Assembly (NCBI GenBank): GCA_020722825.1
Contig: DYKC01000001.1
Location: 1-36,972, forward strand
Direction of reading: 5' to 3'
Length of the DNA stretch: 36,972 bases
Origin: Vermiphilus sp.
GTDB taxonomy: Bacteria; Ratteibacteria; UBA8468; B48-G9; JAFGKM01
In this document: positions 8,174 to 16,956 of the stretch, piece by piece
How positions within the stretch are numbered: position 1 is the first letter of the stretch
How the letters are laid out: each line of letters begins with the position of its first letter
The notes under the pieces: model-generated
Database searches by the model: none
Told to the model about the DNA's origin: nothing
What the model saw: only the letters and a program-made list of their open reading frames with translations
Position numbers and translations under genes: made by a program

Positions 8174-10801
8174 TTATTCCTTAAAATAAAGTATACCGAA
8201 CTGTTCAGGATTATCTATTCTGCCGCTCCATGCAGTTACGGGAACGTGCTCAGACTCTCGCTGGAAATTTATGCTCCATACATCATCCTTAGAAATTTTT
8301 TCTGCCTTCAGGTCTTTTAGCGGTATTGCCATTTCAATAATGTATCTTCTGCTTTCAATCTTTGTTTCCGCATTCCAGTCAGAGACCCACTGTCTCTCCG
8401 GCTCGCTATCCCTATAAAACTTCCATATATAAGAATACTTTATATGTTTAAAAGGATGGATTACAAACTGATACCATTCATTAAAAGAATTCAGAGGATT
8501 TATTGAAAGAGTGATAAAATCTCTTGAATTCAGATTAATCTTTGAAGTATCGGGGTCATCACAAATAAAAAGGAAGTACAGGTTGTTTTCATCATAACCG
8601 AGTGCAATTTTTGTTTGCACCTCAGACTTTATATTTTCGTCATAGACCTCAATAAAAAGATTTTCTTTTTCCGCAGATTGCCAGAACCTGTCTCTGTCAG
8701 AACCATCTATTTCTATGGGTGTGGTAATCTTCTTTATAGTAACAGTCCTGGGGCTAACTTCTCTGATACCCAGTCTTTCAAAATGTATTTTCTCTCTTAT
8801 CTGGGGAACCCTGTTTCTTAAACTTAAAGGTATTGATACATCCCTCAGGTATATGTTTGCCGACGTTCTAATAGGTTCTATACCTTCCTCTGACAGCCTT
8901 ACCAGCATTTCCATCCCCTTATCTTCTCCCATCCGCGCAAGTGCCCATGCACAAATAAGTTTCACATCAAGTTCTGAGTTTTCCATCCGTCTCAGAAGAA
9001 CAGAAGGTGCTCTTTTGTCTCGTAAAAATCCAAGTGTTTCGGCAGCTCTTCTTTGATAGTCTGAATTATCACTTTCAATGTATCTGACAGCAACAGGAAA
9101 GATATTTTTAGTTACCCCCATCCTGGCCAGCGACCAGGCACATATTAACTGCATCTCCGGATCAAAATGCTTCAATCCTTTCTGGAGAAGAGGAACAGCC
9201 TGTCTGTTTCCTATTTTCCCAAGTGCAAGCGCTGCGAGCTTCTTCATCGTCACATCAGGATCCTCCATCATATCCATTGTACTGCGTGCGAAAATCCTAT
9301 GAGGGTTTTCACTAACCAGGACAAGCATCTTTTCACGCACCGCGGGGTACTTGGACGAAGCCATCTTGATCAGTAGAGCCGGCAGTCCTTTTGCTCCGAT
9401 TAAAGAGTCTATCCTTTCAAGTGCAAGTTCACGCTTAGACTTTTCAGAACTGTTAAGTTTCACCTGCATTTCTCTTAATACGCCATCTAGAAGTTTTGAG
9501 GCTTCCGACCTAACTCTTGGAGATACATCATTGTTTCCCAGGTAGGTTATTGTCTTCAGGTAATCCGGGTCAAAATTATCCAGGTAGGAGAAGGCTTTTA
9601 TCGCAGTGTATCTTACAAGTGCATCGGAATCCTTGGTTTTGTTCAAAATAAAATTTTTGACACTTCTGTCTCCAACCTTCCCGAGTATAGTTAAGGCAGA
9701 CAGCCTGGCATCAAGTGGGAAAGTTTCACTGTCAATAAATCTCTGCAGAACAGGTAGAAAAAGCGGGTCGTTAATCCTTTCTATCAACATCGCCGCATAG
9801 TCTTTCACCTCTTCTGATAAATCAGCCAGAGACTCAGCAATGTAAGGATACGAGACAGGATTTTTAAACTTTTCCAGCGCCCACAACGAATAAATCCTCA
9901 CTGTTTCATTGCGGTCGGAAAGACCTTTTATCAATCCTGCAATACCCTCTTCCATTTTAAGATTTACGAGGGTCTTTATGCTTTCTATCTTTACTGCTGT
10001 GGACTCGTCTGCAAGAAGAGATTCTATTTCTTTACTGCCTTCTTTGCTCTTTAGATTTTCAATCGCCCAGAGGGCTCTTATCTTAATTTCATCATTTTCG
10101 TCAGAAAGCATTCTTATAAGGTGTGGAATTGCCCTTTTATCTCCTGTAGATTCCAGTAACCAGAGACTCCGTATCCTGATCTCTGGATTGAAACTTTTCG
10201 TTTGGTCAATGACAGGTTTAATACTTTCTTCCGGAAGTTTCTTAAATTTCGCTCTCGCTTCATCTCCCCGTAATAACGTCAGAAGAGCCCATAAGACCTG
10301 CTCAATGACCTTTTCCTTCCCATCTCTTAAATAACCTATGAGATCGGAAACAACAGTCTCATCCCCATACTTGCCCAATCCTATAGCCGCATAATATCTT
10401 ACCTGCCAGTAACTGTCTCTCATCGCAGATTGAAAAACAGGTATGAGATTACCCTCACCGTATTTTATCAATCCTTTCACTCCATAGAGCCGCACCTGCC
10501 AGTAACTATCCTCCAGTGCTTTTTTAAAATAGGGATTGCAGGTAGAATCACCAATATCAAGAAGTGCAAGAGCAGCCCTGCTTCTTATCTTCTCATCCTT
10601 TTCATCTTGAAGAACGGCTCCCAGTTCTGGCAGATAGACCCTGTTTTTTGTATTAACAATCCTGTCAATAATCTGAATCTTTTTTTCAAAGGTTCCTGAT
10701 TTCAAGCCCACCGTTTCAATTTCTGCTCCTTGCAATACTCCTGCCAGAAGAACTAATATAACCAGGAAAACTATACTACTCACACCTTTTTGTTTAGTCA
10801 T
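8174..10801 (-). CDS. Exported HEAT-repeat (PBS-lyase-type) protein with a C-terminal CBM9/DOMON-like domain; function unknown
   Basis: Signal or anchor SSIVFLVILVLLAGVLQGA. There are many HEAT_2-like repeats (DSYWQVRLYGVKGL.., DSYWQVRYYAAIGL.., DENDEIKIRALWAI..). The C-terminal roughly 190 aa follow the CBM9 pattern (IEIDGS..FWQ...NNLYFLFICDD...WSINFQRE). Confidence 0.7.
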   Translation of the reverse strand: MTKQKGVSSIVFLVILVLLAGVLQGAEIETVGLKSGTFEKKIQIIDRIVNTKNRVYLPELGAVLQDEKDEKIRSRAALALLDIGDSTCNPYFKKALEDSYWQVRLYGVKGLIKYGEGNLIPVFQSAMRDSYWQVRYYAAIGLGKYGDETVVSDLIGYLRDGKEKVIEQVLWALLTLLRGDEARAKFKKLPEESIKPVIDQTKSFNPEIRIRSLWLLESTGDKRAIPHLIRMLSDENDEIKIRALWAIENLKSKEGSKEIESLLADESTAVKIESIKTLVNLKMEEGIAGLIKGLSDRNETVRIYSLWALEKFKNPVSYPYIAESLADLSEEVKDYAAMLIERINDPLFLPVLQRFIDSETFPLDARLSALTILGKVGDRSVKNFILNKTKDSDALVRYTAIKAFSYLDNFDPDYLKTITYLGNNDVSPRVRSEASKLLDGVLREMQVKLNSSEKSKRELALERIDSLIGAKGLPALLIKMASSKYPAVREKMLVLVSENPHRIFARSTMDMMEDPDVTMKKLAALALGKIGNRQAVPLLQKGLKHFDPEMQLICAWSLARMGVTKNIFPVAVRYIESDNSDYQRRAAETLGFLRDKRAPSVLLRRMENSELDVKLICAWALARMGEDKGMEMLVRLSEEGIEPIRTSANIYLRDVSIPLSLRNRVPQIREKIHFERLGIREVSPRTVTIKKITTPIEIDGSDRDRFWQSAEKENLFIEVYDENIKSEVQTKIALGYDENNLYFLFICDDPDTSKINLNSRDFITLSINPLNSFNEWYQFVIHPFKHIKYSYIWKFYRDSEPERQWVSDWNAETKIESRRYIIEMAIPLKDLKAEKISKDDVWSINFQRESEHVPVTAWSGRIDNPEQFGILYFKE

Positions 10802-10804
10802 TTC

Positions 10805-11470
10805 TCACCTGTCGTAATAGAATCGCGGAAATCCTATGTCTGCAATAACTACTTCTCCACAGTACTCTGGCCCTTCATTCAGATAAAAACCTTTTTTAGC
10901 AAATCCGAAACTGACTGTAACATCTCCTTTAACGGCGACCCCGCAAATCTTCCCTGTATCCGCATCCAGACCTGACGGGATATCAACACAGGCAACAAAT
11001 TTACCGCTTCTGTTTATCGCCCTCACAAGTTCCGATGCAACCCCTTTAATCTCTCCTCTTAACCCGATACCAAAAAGGGCATCAACAAGCACATCCACAT
11101 CCTTCAGGTTTAAATCGGTTATATCTTTTTCGACAAGCGAAAAACATCCAATACCCATTTTACACAAGATTTCATAATTTGTAAAGGAAATTGCTGTAAA
11201 CTTCTCTGGAGAGCCTAAATAGAATACCTGCACATCTGCCCCCATATTGAAAAATTTTCTGGCAGCGACAAATCCATCTCCACCGTTGTTTCCCTTACCT
11301 GAAAAGACATAAACTTTTTTCCCCTGCACTCCTCCGCATCTATCTGCAATAACTTTTGCTGTAGACCATCCTGCATTTTCCATGAGAACCAGTCCACTTA
11401 TCCCGTATTTATCTTCCGTTTCTCTCTCAATCCGCAGTATCTCTTCTCTGCTTAAAGCCTTACTATTCAT
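10805..11470 (-). CDS. nnrE: NAD(P)H-hydrate epimerase (stand-alone YjeF N-terminal domain)
   Basis: Carries the GKGNNGGDGFVAAR signature. At 221 aa it has no fused C-terminal dehydratase domain. It overlaps the murC end by 8 nt. Confidence 0.8.
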   Translation of the reverse strand: MNSKALSREEILRIERETEDKYGISGLVLMENAGWSTAKVIADRCGGVQGKKVYVFSGKGNNGGDGFVAARKFFNMGADVQVFYLGSPEKFTAISFTNYEILCKMGIGCFSLVEKDITDLNLKDVDVLVDALFGIGLRGEIKGVASELVRAINRSGKFVACVDIPSGLDADTGKICGVAVKGDVTVSFGFAKKGFYLNEGPEYCGEVVIADIGFPRFYYDR

Positions 11471-12863
11471 TTTTCGCTCTCAATCTCTGCAGAAGTCCTT
11501 TTGCCACTTCGTCAACCGGCCCCGCTCCTACGGTAAGAATAACATCACCACGTCTGGCAATCTCATACAGATATTCAATAATCTCTTCAAATGTCGGTAG
11601 ATACAGTGCTTCTCCACCATTCTTTCTTATTTTCTCCACAAGTATCTGGGCGTTGACAAGTTTTCTCTCCAGCATTGAATCCCTTACAAAATATATGTCA
11701 GGAACCACCACTTTGTCCGCCTCATGAAAAGATGTTGCAAATTCCTTAAGAAGGAAACGGGTACGGCTGTATTGATGCGGTTGAAAAACAACAATCAGCC
11801 GCGACTTCCCGAATATCTCCCGGATGCACTTGAGCGTGCATTTTATCTCCGTTGGATGATGCCCGTAATCATCAATAACGGTAACTCCAGCGATTTTCCC
11901 CAGGATTTCACACCTTCTGTGAACACCTTTAAAAGCCTCAAGTCCTCTCTGAATATCATTCCATTCTACTCCAAGATACCTCGCGCAGGCAACCGCAGCA
12001 AGTGAATTTTGAACGTTCTGTATCCCTGAAATCCCCAGTTTTATCCTCTCTACCTTTTTACCTTTAAAGAAACAGTCAAATTCAGAATGGGTCTTAACAA
12101 ATCTTATATTTCTGGCTGTCCAATCTCCTTTTTCAATCCCGTAAGATATCAGTTTTTTGTTTTTAAGTCCCCTTACAACATATGTGGCATTTCTGTCATC
12201 GGCACAATATATTATTCCCCCTTCGCTGACGTTCTCAAGGAAATCATGAAATGCACGTTTAATATCGGTTATGTCTTTGTAATAATCCAGATGGTCTTTT
12301 TCTATATTCGTCAAAACTGCCATCTCCGGGGCATAGTTCAGAAAAGACCTTTTATATTCACATGCCTCCACAACAAGCAAATTGCTGTTACCAACACCGG
12401 AATTTCCAATGCCTCTAATCTGTCCCCCGAGCAAAAAAGAAGGCGAAAGTCCTGCCTGTATTAATACAGATACTATGAGGGATGAAGTTGTTGTCTTTCC
12501 ATGCGTCCCAGCAACCGCAATGCCTCTCCTTTTTTCCATCAAGTATCCTATTGCCTGTGGATAACTTATAAGAGGTATCCCCAATTCAACAGTTTTTTTA
12601 TACTCTGGATTATCAGGAAGAATCGCCTGAGAAAAAATAACCAGTTCTATCTTCTTGCCTGCAACATTTTTCTCCTTCTGCGGGCAAAAAATCTTTATTC
12701 CCTTTTTTTTAAGTTCTTCCAGGGTTAAAGAACAGTTGTTATCAGACCCCGAAATTTTTTTATTCATATCCAGCAGTAACTTCGCAAGTCCACTCATACC
12801 TGTTCCGCCAATACCGATTAGGTGAATATTTTTCACCCTGTCAATGATGTTTTTTCCCATCAA
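11463..12863 (-). CDS. murC: UDP-N-acetylmuramate--L-alanine ligase
   Basis: Motifs GIGGTGMSGLAKLL, AGTHGKTTTSS and DDYGHHPTEI. The length of 466 aa is typical. Confidence 0.95.
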   Translation of the reverse strand: MMGKNIIDRVKNIHLIGIGGTGMSGLAKLLLDMNKKISGSDNNCSLTLEELKKKGIKIFCPQKEKNVAGKKIELVIFSQAILPDNPEYKKTVELGIPLISYPQAIGYLMEKRRGIAVAGTHGKTTTSSLIVSVLIQAGLSPSFLLGGQIRGIGNSGVGNSNLLVVEACEYKRSFLNYAPEMAVLTNIEKDHLDYYKDITDIKRAFHDFLENVSEGGIIYCADDRNATYVVRGLKNKKLISYGIEKGDWTARNIRFVKTHSEFDCFFKGKKVERIKLGISGIQNVQNSLAAVACARYLGVEWNDIQRGLEAFKGVHRRCEILGKIAGVTVIDDYGHHPTEIKCTLKCIREIFGKSRLIVVFQPHQYSRTRFLLKEFATSFHEADKVVVPDIYFVRDSMLERKLVNAQILVEKIRKNGGEALYLPTFEEIIEYLYEIARRGDVILTVGAGPVDEVAKGLLQRLRAKNE

Positions 12864-13936
12864 TTGAGGAACTCCAGGATACGTTTAACATTATCTCCAT
12901 TAACATCGGAAATAGAGGTCTGTCTTAGATTCCTTTTTATGGTACCCATTTCATTCATCATTCTTTCAAATAATTCAGGAAATTTTTTGAAACCTGTACT
13001 GTTCTGTTCAAGCATTATACAACTCTTTCTTTCGGCAAAATACATAGCATTATATCTTTGATGACCTCCAGCGTAAGGATAAGGAATAACAATGGCAGGA
13101 AGATTCCATTCACTTATTTCCGCAAGAGTCCCTGCACCTGCTCTGCATATTACAATATCTGCAACAGTATACAATCTTGCCATATCAAAATAAAAATCAA
13201 AAACCATTGCCTGAATTTTATGTCGGTGGTACCTATCAGCCAACCCTTCTTTTTGACTGCCTGCAAGATGTATGAACTGTATCTTTTTTCCTTTAAAACA
13301 GCCCAGATTCTCCATTATCAGTTCATTTATAAAAACGGCTCCCTGACTCCCGCCCAGAATAAGAACTGTTGTATAGTCCTGAGACAACCCGAATTCTTCC
13401 AGCAGTTCCTCCCGGTGAAACCTTCGCTTAAAATCACTGACGATAGGAAAACCTGTAACAAAGGTTCTGTTTCTGGGAAGGTTTGACAAAAACGGAAAAG
13501 AAACAGCAATCCTGCCCGCAATAAATCGTGAAAGTTTTGTAACCTTACCCGGAAGGTAATTCTGTTCATGCACAAAAATTTTAAGACCGTATAACTTTGC
13601 AGCCAGCAAAAATGGCACAGTAACATAACTTCCAGTAATCACAACCCCGTCAAATTTTCCTTCTGCAAGATAGAGGCAGGAGCGGAAAAAAGCATAAATA
13701 AATCTTGCAGGAAAGAGGACGTTCCTGCACGAAAATCTTGCTTCAGGGATAATCCTATATTCAAACCTTTTTCTTTCCAGCCATACAGTCAGGTACCTTC
13801 TGAAAGGGACAAAAAACTGAACTGCAACTCCTTCCTCTTTCACAATCCCCTCCCCTATTGCCAGGGCGGGGAAAAAATGGCCGCCTGTAGGGCCGCTTAC
13901 TATTGCAATCTTAAGTCTTTTATCCCGCATTGTCAT
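12860..13936 (-). CDS. murG: Undecaprenyldiphospho-muramoylpentapeptide beta-N-acetylglucosaminyltransferase
   Basis: SGPTGGHFFPALA G-loop, GGSQGA, and the C-terminal segment RAGAGTLAEI. It overlaps murC by 4 nt. Confidence 0.9.
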   Translation of the reverse strand: MTMRDKRLKIAIVSGPTGGHFFPALAIGEGIVKEEGVAVQFFVPFRRYLTVWLERKRFEYRIIPEARFSCRNVLFPARFIYAFFRSCLYLAEGKFDGVVITGSYVTVPFLLAAKLYGLKIFVHEQNYLPGKVTKLSRFIAGRIAVSFPFLSNLPRNRTFVTGFPIVSDFKRRFHREELLEEFGLSQDYTTVLILGGSQGAVFINELIMENLGCFKGKKIQFIHLAGSQKEGLADRYHRHKIQAMVFDFYFDMARLYTVADIVICRAGAGTLAEISEWNLPAIVIPYPYAGGHQRYNAMYFAERKSCIMLEQNSTGFKKFPELFERMMNEMGTIKRNLRQTSISDVNGDNVKRILEFLN

Positions 13937-13963
13937 ATTATAACATACCTCTGAAAGTAAAAC

Positions 13964-13992
13964 TTGCTTTTTCTTATTATAAAAAATATAAT
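13964..13992 (+). promoter_or_regulatory. Candidate sigma70-type promoter for topA (TTGCTT, 17-nt spacer, TATAAT)
   Basis: -35 TTGCTT at 13964-13969, a 17-nt spacer, and a consensus -10 TATAAT at 13987-13992. This predicts a 5' UTR of about 75 nt. Confidence 0.5.
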
Positions 13993-14008
13993 AAGCGGAC
14001 GAAATTAT

Positions 14009-14037
14009 GAACCCCTCATCACAAAAGACAGGGGTTC
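14009..14037 (+). repeat. Leader hairpin module R1, copy 1 (GAACCCCT, 13-nt loop, AGGGGTTC), in the topA 5' UTR
   Basis: 8-bp stem formed by 14009-14016 and 14030-14037. The string CCCTCAtCACAAAAGACAGGGGTTC recurs with one mismatch on the minus strand at 30927-30953. Confidence 0.65.
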
Positions 14038-14075
14038 GACTTGCTCAGAGCAAAGCGTGGAGAGAAAAAAAGAAG

Positions 14076-16088
14076 ATGACTACTCAACAAAAAGGACTTA
14101 TCATAGTTGAATCCCCCACCAAAGCAAAGACTATCGGAGGAATACTGGGTAGCCAATACAGAATTGTAGCAACAATGGGACATATAAGGGACCTGCCTGA
14201 AAATGAAATGGGGGTAAAGATAGAAAAAAACTTTGAGCCTAAATATGTAATTATGCCCGGGAAAAAAGCAATTGTAGCAAATCTTAAAAAAGCCGCAGAA
14301 GAACATAGTGAGATATATCTGGCTACTGATGAAGACCGGGAAGGAGAAGCCATTGCATGGCATACATCTTATGTCATAGGTAAAAATCCTGAAGAGGTAA
14401 AACGTGTGGCTTTCCACGAAATAGTCCCGGAAGCAGTAAGAGACGCCTTCAATTCCCCAAGAAAAATTTCTTTAGACCTTGTTAACGCACAGCAGACAAG
14501 AAGAATACTGGACAGGATAGTTGGATATACAATAAGCCCTTTTCTGGGCATGGGACTTTCTGCCGGGAGGGTGCAGTCTGTTGCTCTACGGTTCATAGTA
14601 GAAAGGGAAAAGGAGATTGAAAGATTTGTTCCGCAAATATACTGGACAGTAAAAGCAGAATCCGAAAAAAATGGGGGTAGAGTTTATCTTACACTTGACG
14701 AGATTAACGGTAAAAAGATAGAAAAATATGACCTTAAGGATGCAGGAAAAATTGACGAAATTCTTGCTGAACTAAACACCTGTACGCTGACAGTGACAGA
14801 AAAAAGCGAAACCATTAAACATATAACACCATACCCTCCTTTTATCACAAGCACACTTCAGCAGGAATCTTCAGTCAGACTTGGATATTCCTCTACAAAA
14901 ACGATGTTTATCGCCCAGCAGTTGTATGAAGGTATCGCGATTGAGGGGAAAAACATCGGATTGATTACCTATATGCGAACCGATTCCCCTTCAGTGGCAA
15001 AAATCGCCAGAAATCAGGCAATACAATATATAAGAGAAATCTATGGGGAAACCTACCTGCCGGCAAAGCCCCATTTCTACAGGAGCAAATCCCCATCTGC
15101 CCAGGAAGCCCACGAAGCAATAAGGCCCACATCACCTTTCAGAACACCGGAAAAGATGAGAAGTTTTCTCAATGAAGAGCAATACAAAATCTACAAACTT
15201 ATATGGGAAAGATTTGTTGCCAGCCAGATGAAAGAAGCAGAAGTGAGCAATGTAAAACTGCACGCACAAAACGGGAGATACGGATTCACGGCTGTATGTA
15301 ACTCAGTTAAATTTGAGGGATTTACAAAACTCTGGGAGATAAAAATTGATAAAGGAGAGGAAATTGTTGCAGAAATTCAAAAAGATGAAGTGCTTAACGT
15401 GCTGCACTACATCAAAGAAGAACATCAGACAAGTCCTCCGCCGAGATATACTGAGGCAACCCTCATTAAAACCCTTGAAAAAAACAACATTGGCAGACCA
15501 TCTACCTATGCTCCAACAATCTCAATCCTGCTCAACAGGAAATATGTAAAGATAGAAAAACGGGCATTGATACCGCTCAAAATAGGCAGGGTCGTATATG
15601 AAATCCTGATGCAGTTTTTCACAGATATAATAAAGACAGATTTCACAGCAAGGATGGAGGACAACCTGGACAGGATAGCAAACGGAGAGAGAAAATGGAC
15701 AGATGTTCTGAAGGAATTTTATGATGCTTATAAACCACTTCTTGTGAAAGCAGAAAACGAACCTGACAAATTCAGCAAAATATTTGACAGGGTTCTGGCG
15801 GAAGATAAAACCTGCCCAAACTGCAAAATACCACTCACGGTTAAGAAAGGAAGATACGGACTATTTCTTGGATGCCCAAACTTCCCTGCGTGCAGATACA
15901 GAGAAAATATTTTCAACGATGAATATAATATCGGGGATAAAATCTGCCCTCATTGCAAGGTACCTCTGGTTGTCAAAAGAGGCAGATACGGGACATTTCT
16001 TGCCTGTCCCAACTACCCCGGGTGCAAATATACAGAGAGGCTCAAAAAAAATGCTAATTATTCCCGCCGTAGATTTAAAAAGCAGTGA
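14076..16088 (+). CDS. topA: DNA topoisomerase I
   Basis: The Toprim N-terminus (LIIVESPTKAKTI) follows the ATG at 14076, which has a GGAGAG SD. The ORF is open from 14007, so that is an alternative start. The active-site region is ITYMRTDS. There are two C-terminal C4 zinc ribbons (CPNCKIPL..GCPNFPACRY and CPHCKVPL..ACPNYPGCKY). Confidence 0.93.
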   Translation: MTTQQKGLIIVESPTKAKTIGGILGSQYRIVATMGHIRDLPENEMGVKIEKNFEPKYVIMPGKKAIVANLKKAAEEHSEIYLATDEDREGEAIAWHTSYVIGKNPEEVKRVAFHEIVPEAVRDAFNSPRKISLDLVNAQQTRRILDRIVGYTISPFLGMGLSAGRVQSVALRFIVEREKEIERFVPQIYWTVKAESEKNGGRVYLTLDEINGKKIEKYDLKDAGKIDEILAELNTCTLTVTEKSETIKHITPYPPFITSTLQQESSVRLGYSSTKTMFIAQQLYEGIAIEGKNIGLITYMRTDSPSVAKIARNQAIQYIREIYGETYLPAKPHFYRSKSPSAQEAHEAIRPTSPFRTPEKMRSFLNEEQYKIYKLIWERFVASQMKEAEVSNVKLHAQNGRYGFTAVCNSVKFEGFTKLWEIKIDKGEEIVAEIQKDEVLNVLHYIKEEHQTSPPPRYTEATLIKTLEKNNIGRPSTYAPTISILLNRKYVKIEKRALIPLKIGRVVYEILMQFFTDIIKTDFTARMEDNLDRIANGERKWTDVLKEFYDAYKPLLVKAENEPDKFSKIFDRVLAEDKTCPNCKIPLTVKKGRYGLFLGCPNFPACRYRENIFNDEYNIGDKICPHCKVPLVVKRGRYGTFLACPNYPGCKYTERLKKNANYSRRRFKKQ

Positions 16089-16905
16089 GGTTGTCAGGTT
16101 ATACAAAGGCGATTTTAAGCAGGCCGTCCGGTATAAAACAGATGTACAGGAAATCGTGCGGGAGTATTTTGTTGCAGGTATAAAGAGACTGCATATAGTT
16201 TTTCTCTGGGGTGCACATACTGGAAAACTTTCTGAGAAAGAGGAAGAGACTCTCAACCGTATAATAAAAATGCGGGATATTTATGCCACCGGTAAATGTC
16301 AGATACAAATCGGTGGTGGAATCAGGAGATACGAACAGATTGAAAAATTTTCTGAACAGGGGGTAGACCTGTTTGTACTTGGGACCTCTCTTTTAATCCC
16401 TCTTGCAATAGAAGAAGGATTTACAAAAAATGATATAAAACTTTTTTACCAGAATGGGGGGAAACAGTTCAGAGAAGACATGGAAATCCCCGACCCTGAA
16501 CTGACAGAAAAAATGGATAAATCTCAGAGAGACAAAATCCTGGTTGCCGTGGACTACAGAAAAGACGAAACAGCACTCAGTGGCTGGGAGGTTACAATCC
16601 CACTGACGCCGCACTATGTAATAAAAAGATTGCTTGAAAAAGGTTATAAAAGATTTGTTATTACCAACGTGGACAGAGATGGCACGCTTGAAGGAATAGA
16701 TATACAATCAATAAAGACAATTCTGGACAAGGTTCCACACAGTCCTGAAAAGGTTGAAGAACTTATTGTCTCGGGAGGGATAACAACGGAAGCGGATATT
16801 GATGCCCTTCAGACATTAAAGAATAAGATTGACGGCGTCATAATAGGAAAAGCCCTCTATCAGAGAAAGCTGGACATACGTACCCTTGTAAAAAACTTCC
16901 ATTAA
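16051..16905 (+). CDS. hisA: HisA-like (beta/alpha)8-barrel protein (ProFAR isomerase family) with an internal insertion
   Basis: The ATG at 16051 follows AGAGAGG. Motifs are MLIIPAVDLKSSEVVRLYKGDF, VAVDYR, TNVDRDGTLEGID, SGGITTEADIDAL and GVIIGKALY. An extra segment of about 40 aa (EEGFTKNDIKLFYQNGGKQFREDMEIPDPELTEKMDKSQ) is present. The gene overlaps the topA 3' end by 38 nt. The ORF-track start at 15784 is an out-of-frame read-through inside topA. Confidence 0.65.
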   Translation: MLIIPAVDLKSSEVVRLYKGDFKQAVRYKTDVQEIVREYFVAGIKRLHIVFLWGAHTGKLSEKEEETLNRIIKMRDIYATGKCQIQIGGGIRRYEQIEKFSEQGVDLFVLGTSLLIPLAIEEGFTKNDIKLFYQNGGKQFREDMEIPDPELTEKMDKSQRDKILVAVDYRKDETALSGWEVTIPLTPHYVIKRLLEKGYKRFVITNVDRDGTLEGIDIQSIKTILDKVPHSPEKVEELIVSGGITTEADIDALQTLKNKIDGVIIGKALYQRKLDIRTLVKNFH

Positions 16906-16956
16906 CGGGGTCAGGTCTACACTCTTGCACTTTTGACAGAAAAGAAGGTTCACTAA

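Noticed and set aside
14028-14040. GGGGTTCGA, which resembles a tRNA T-arm, with similar GATTCGGG words at 30856-30880
   Set aside because: No acceptor stem, D-arm or anticodon arm can be drawn around them. They form parts of simple hairpins or repeats instead.
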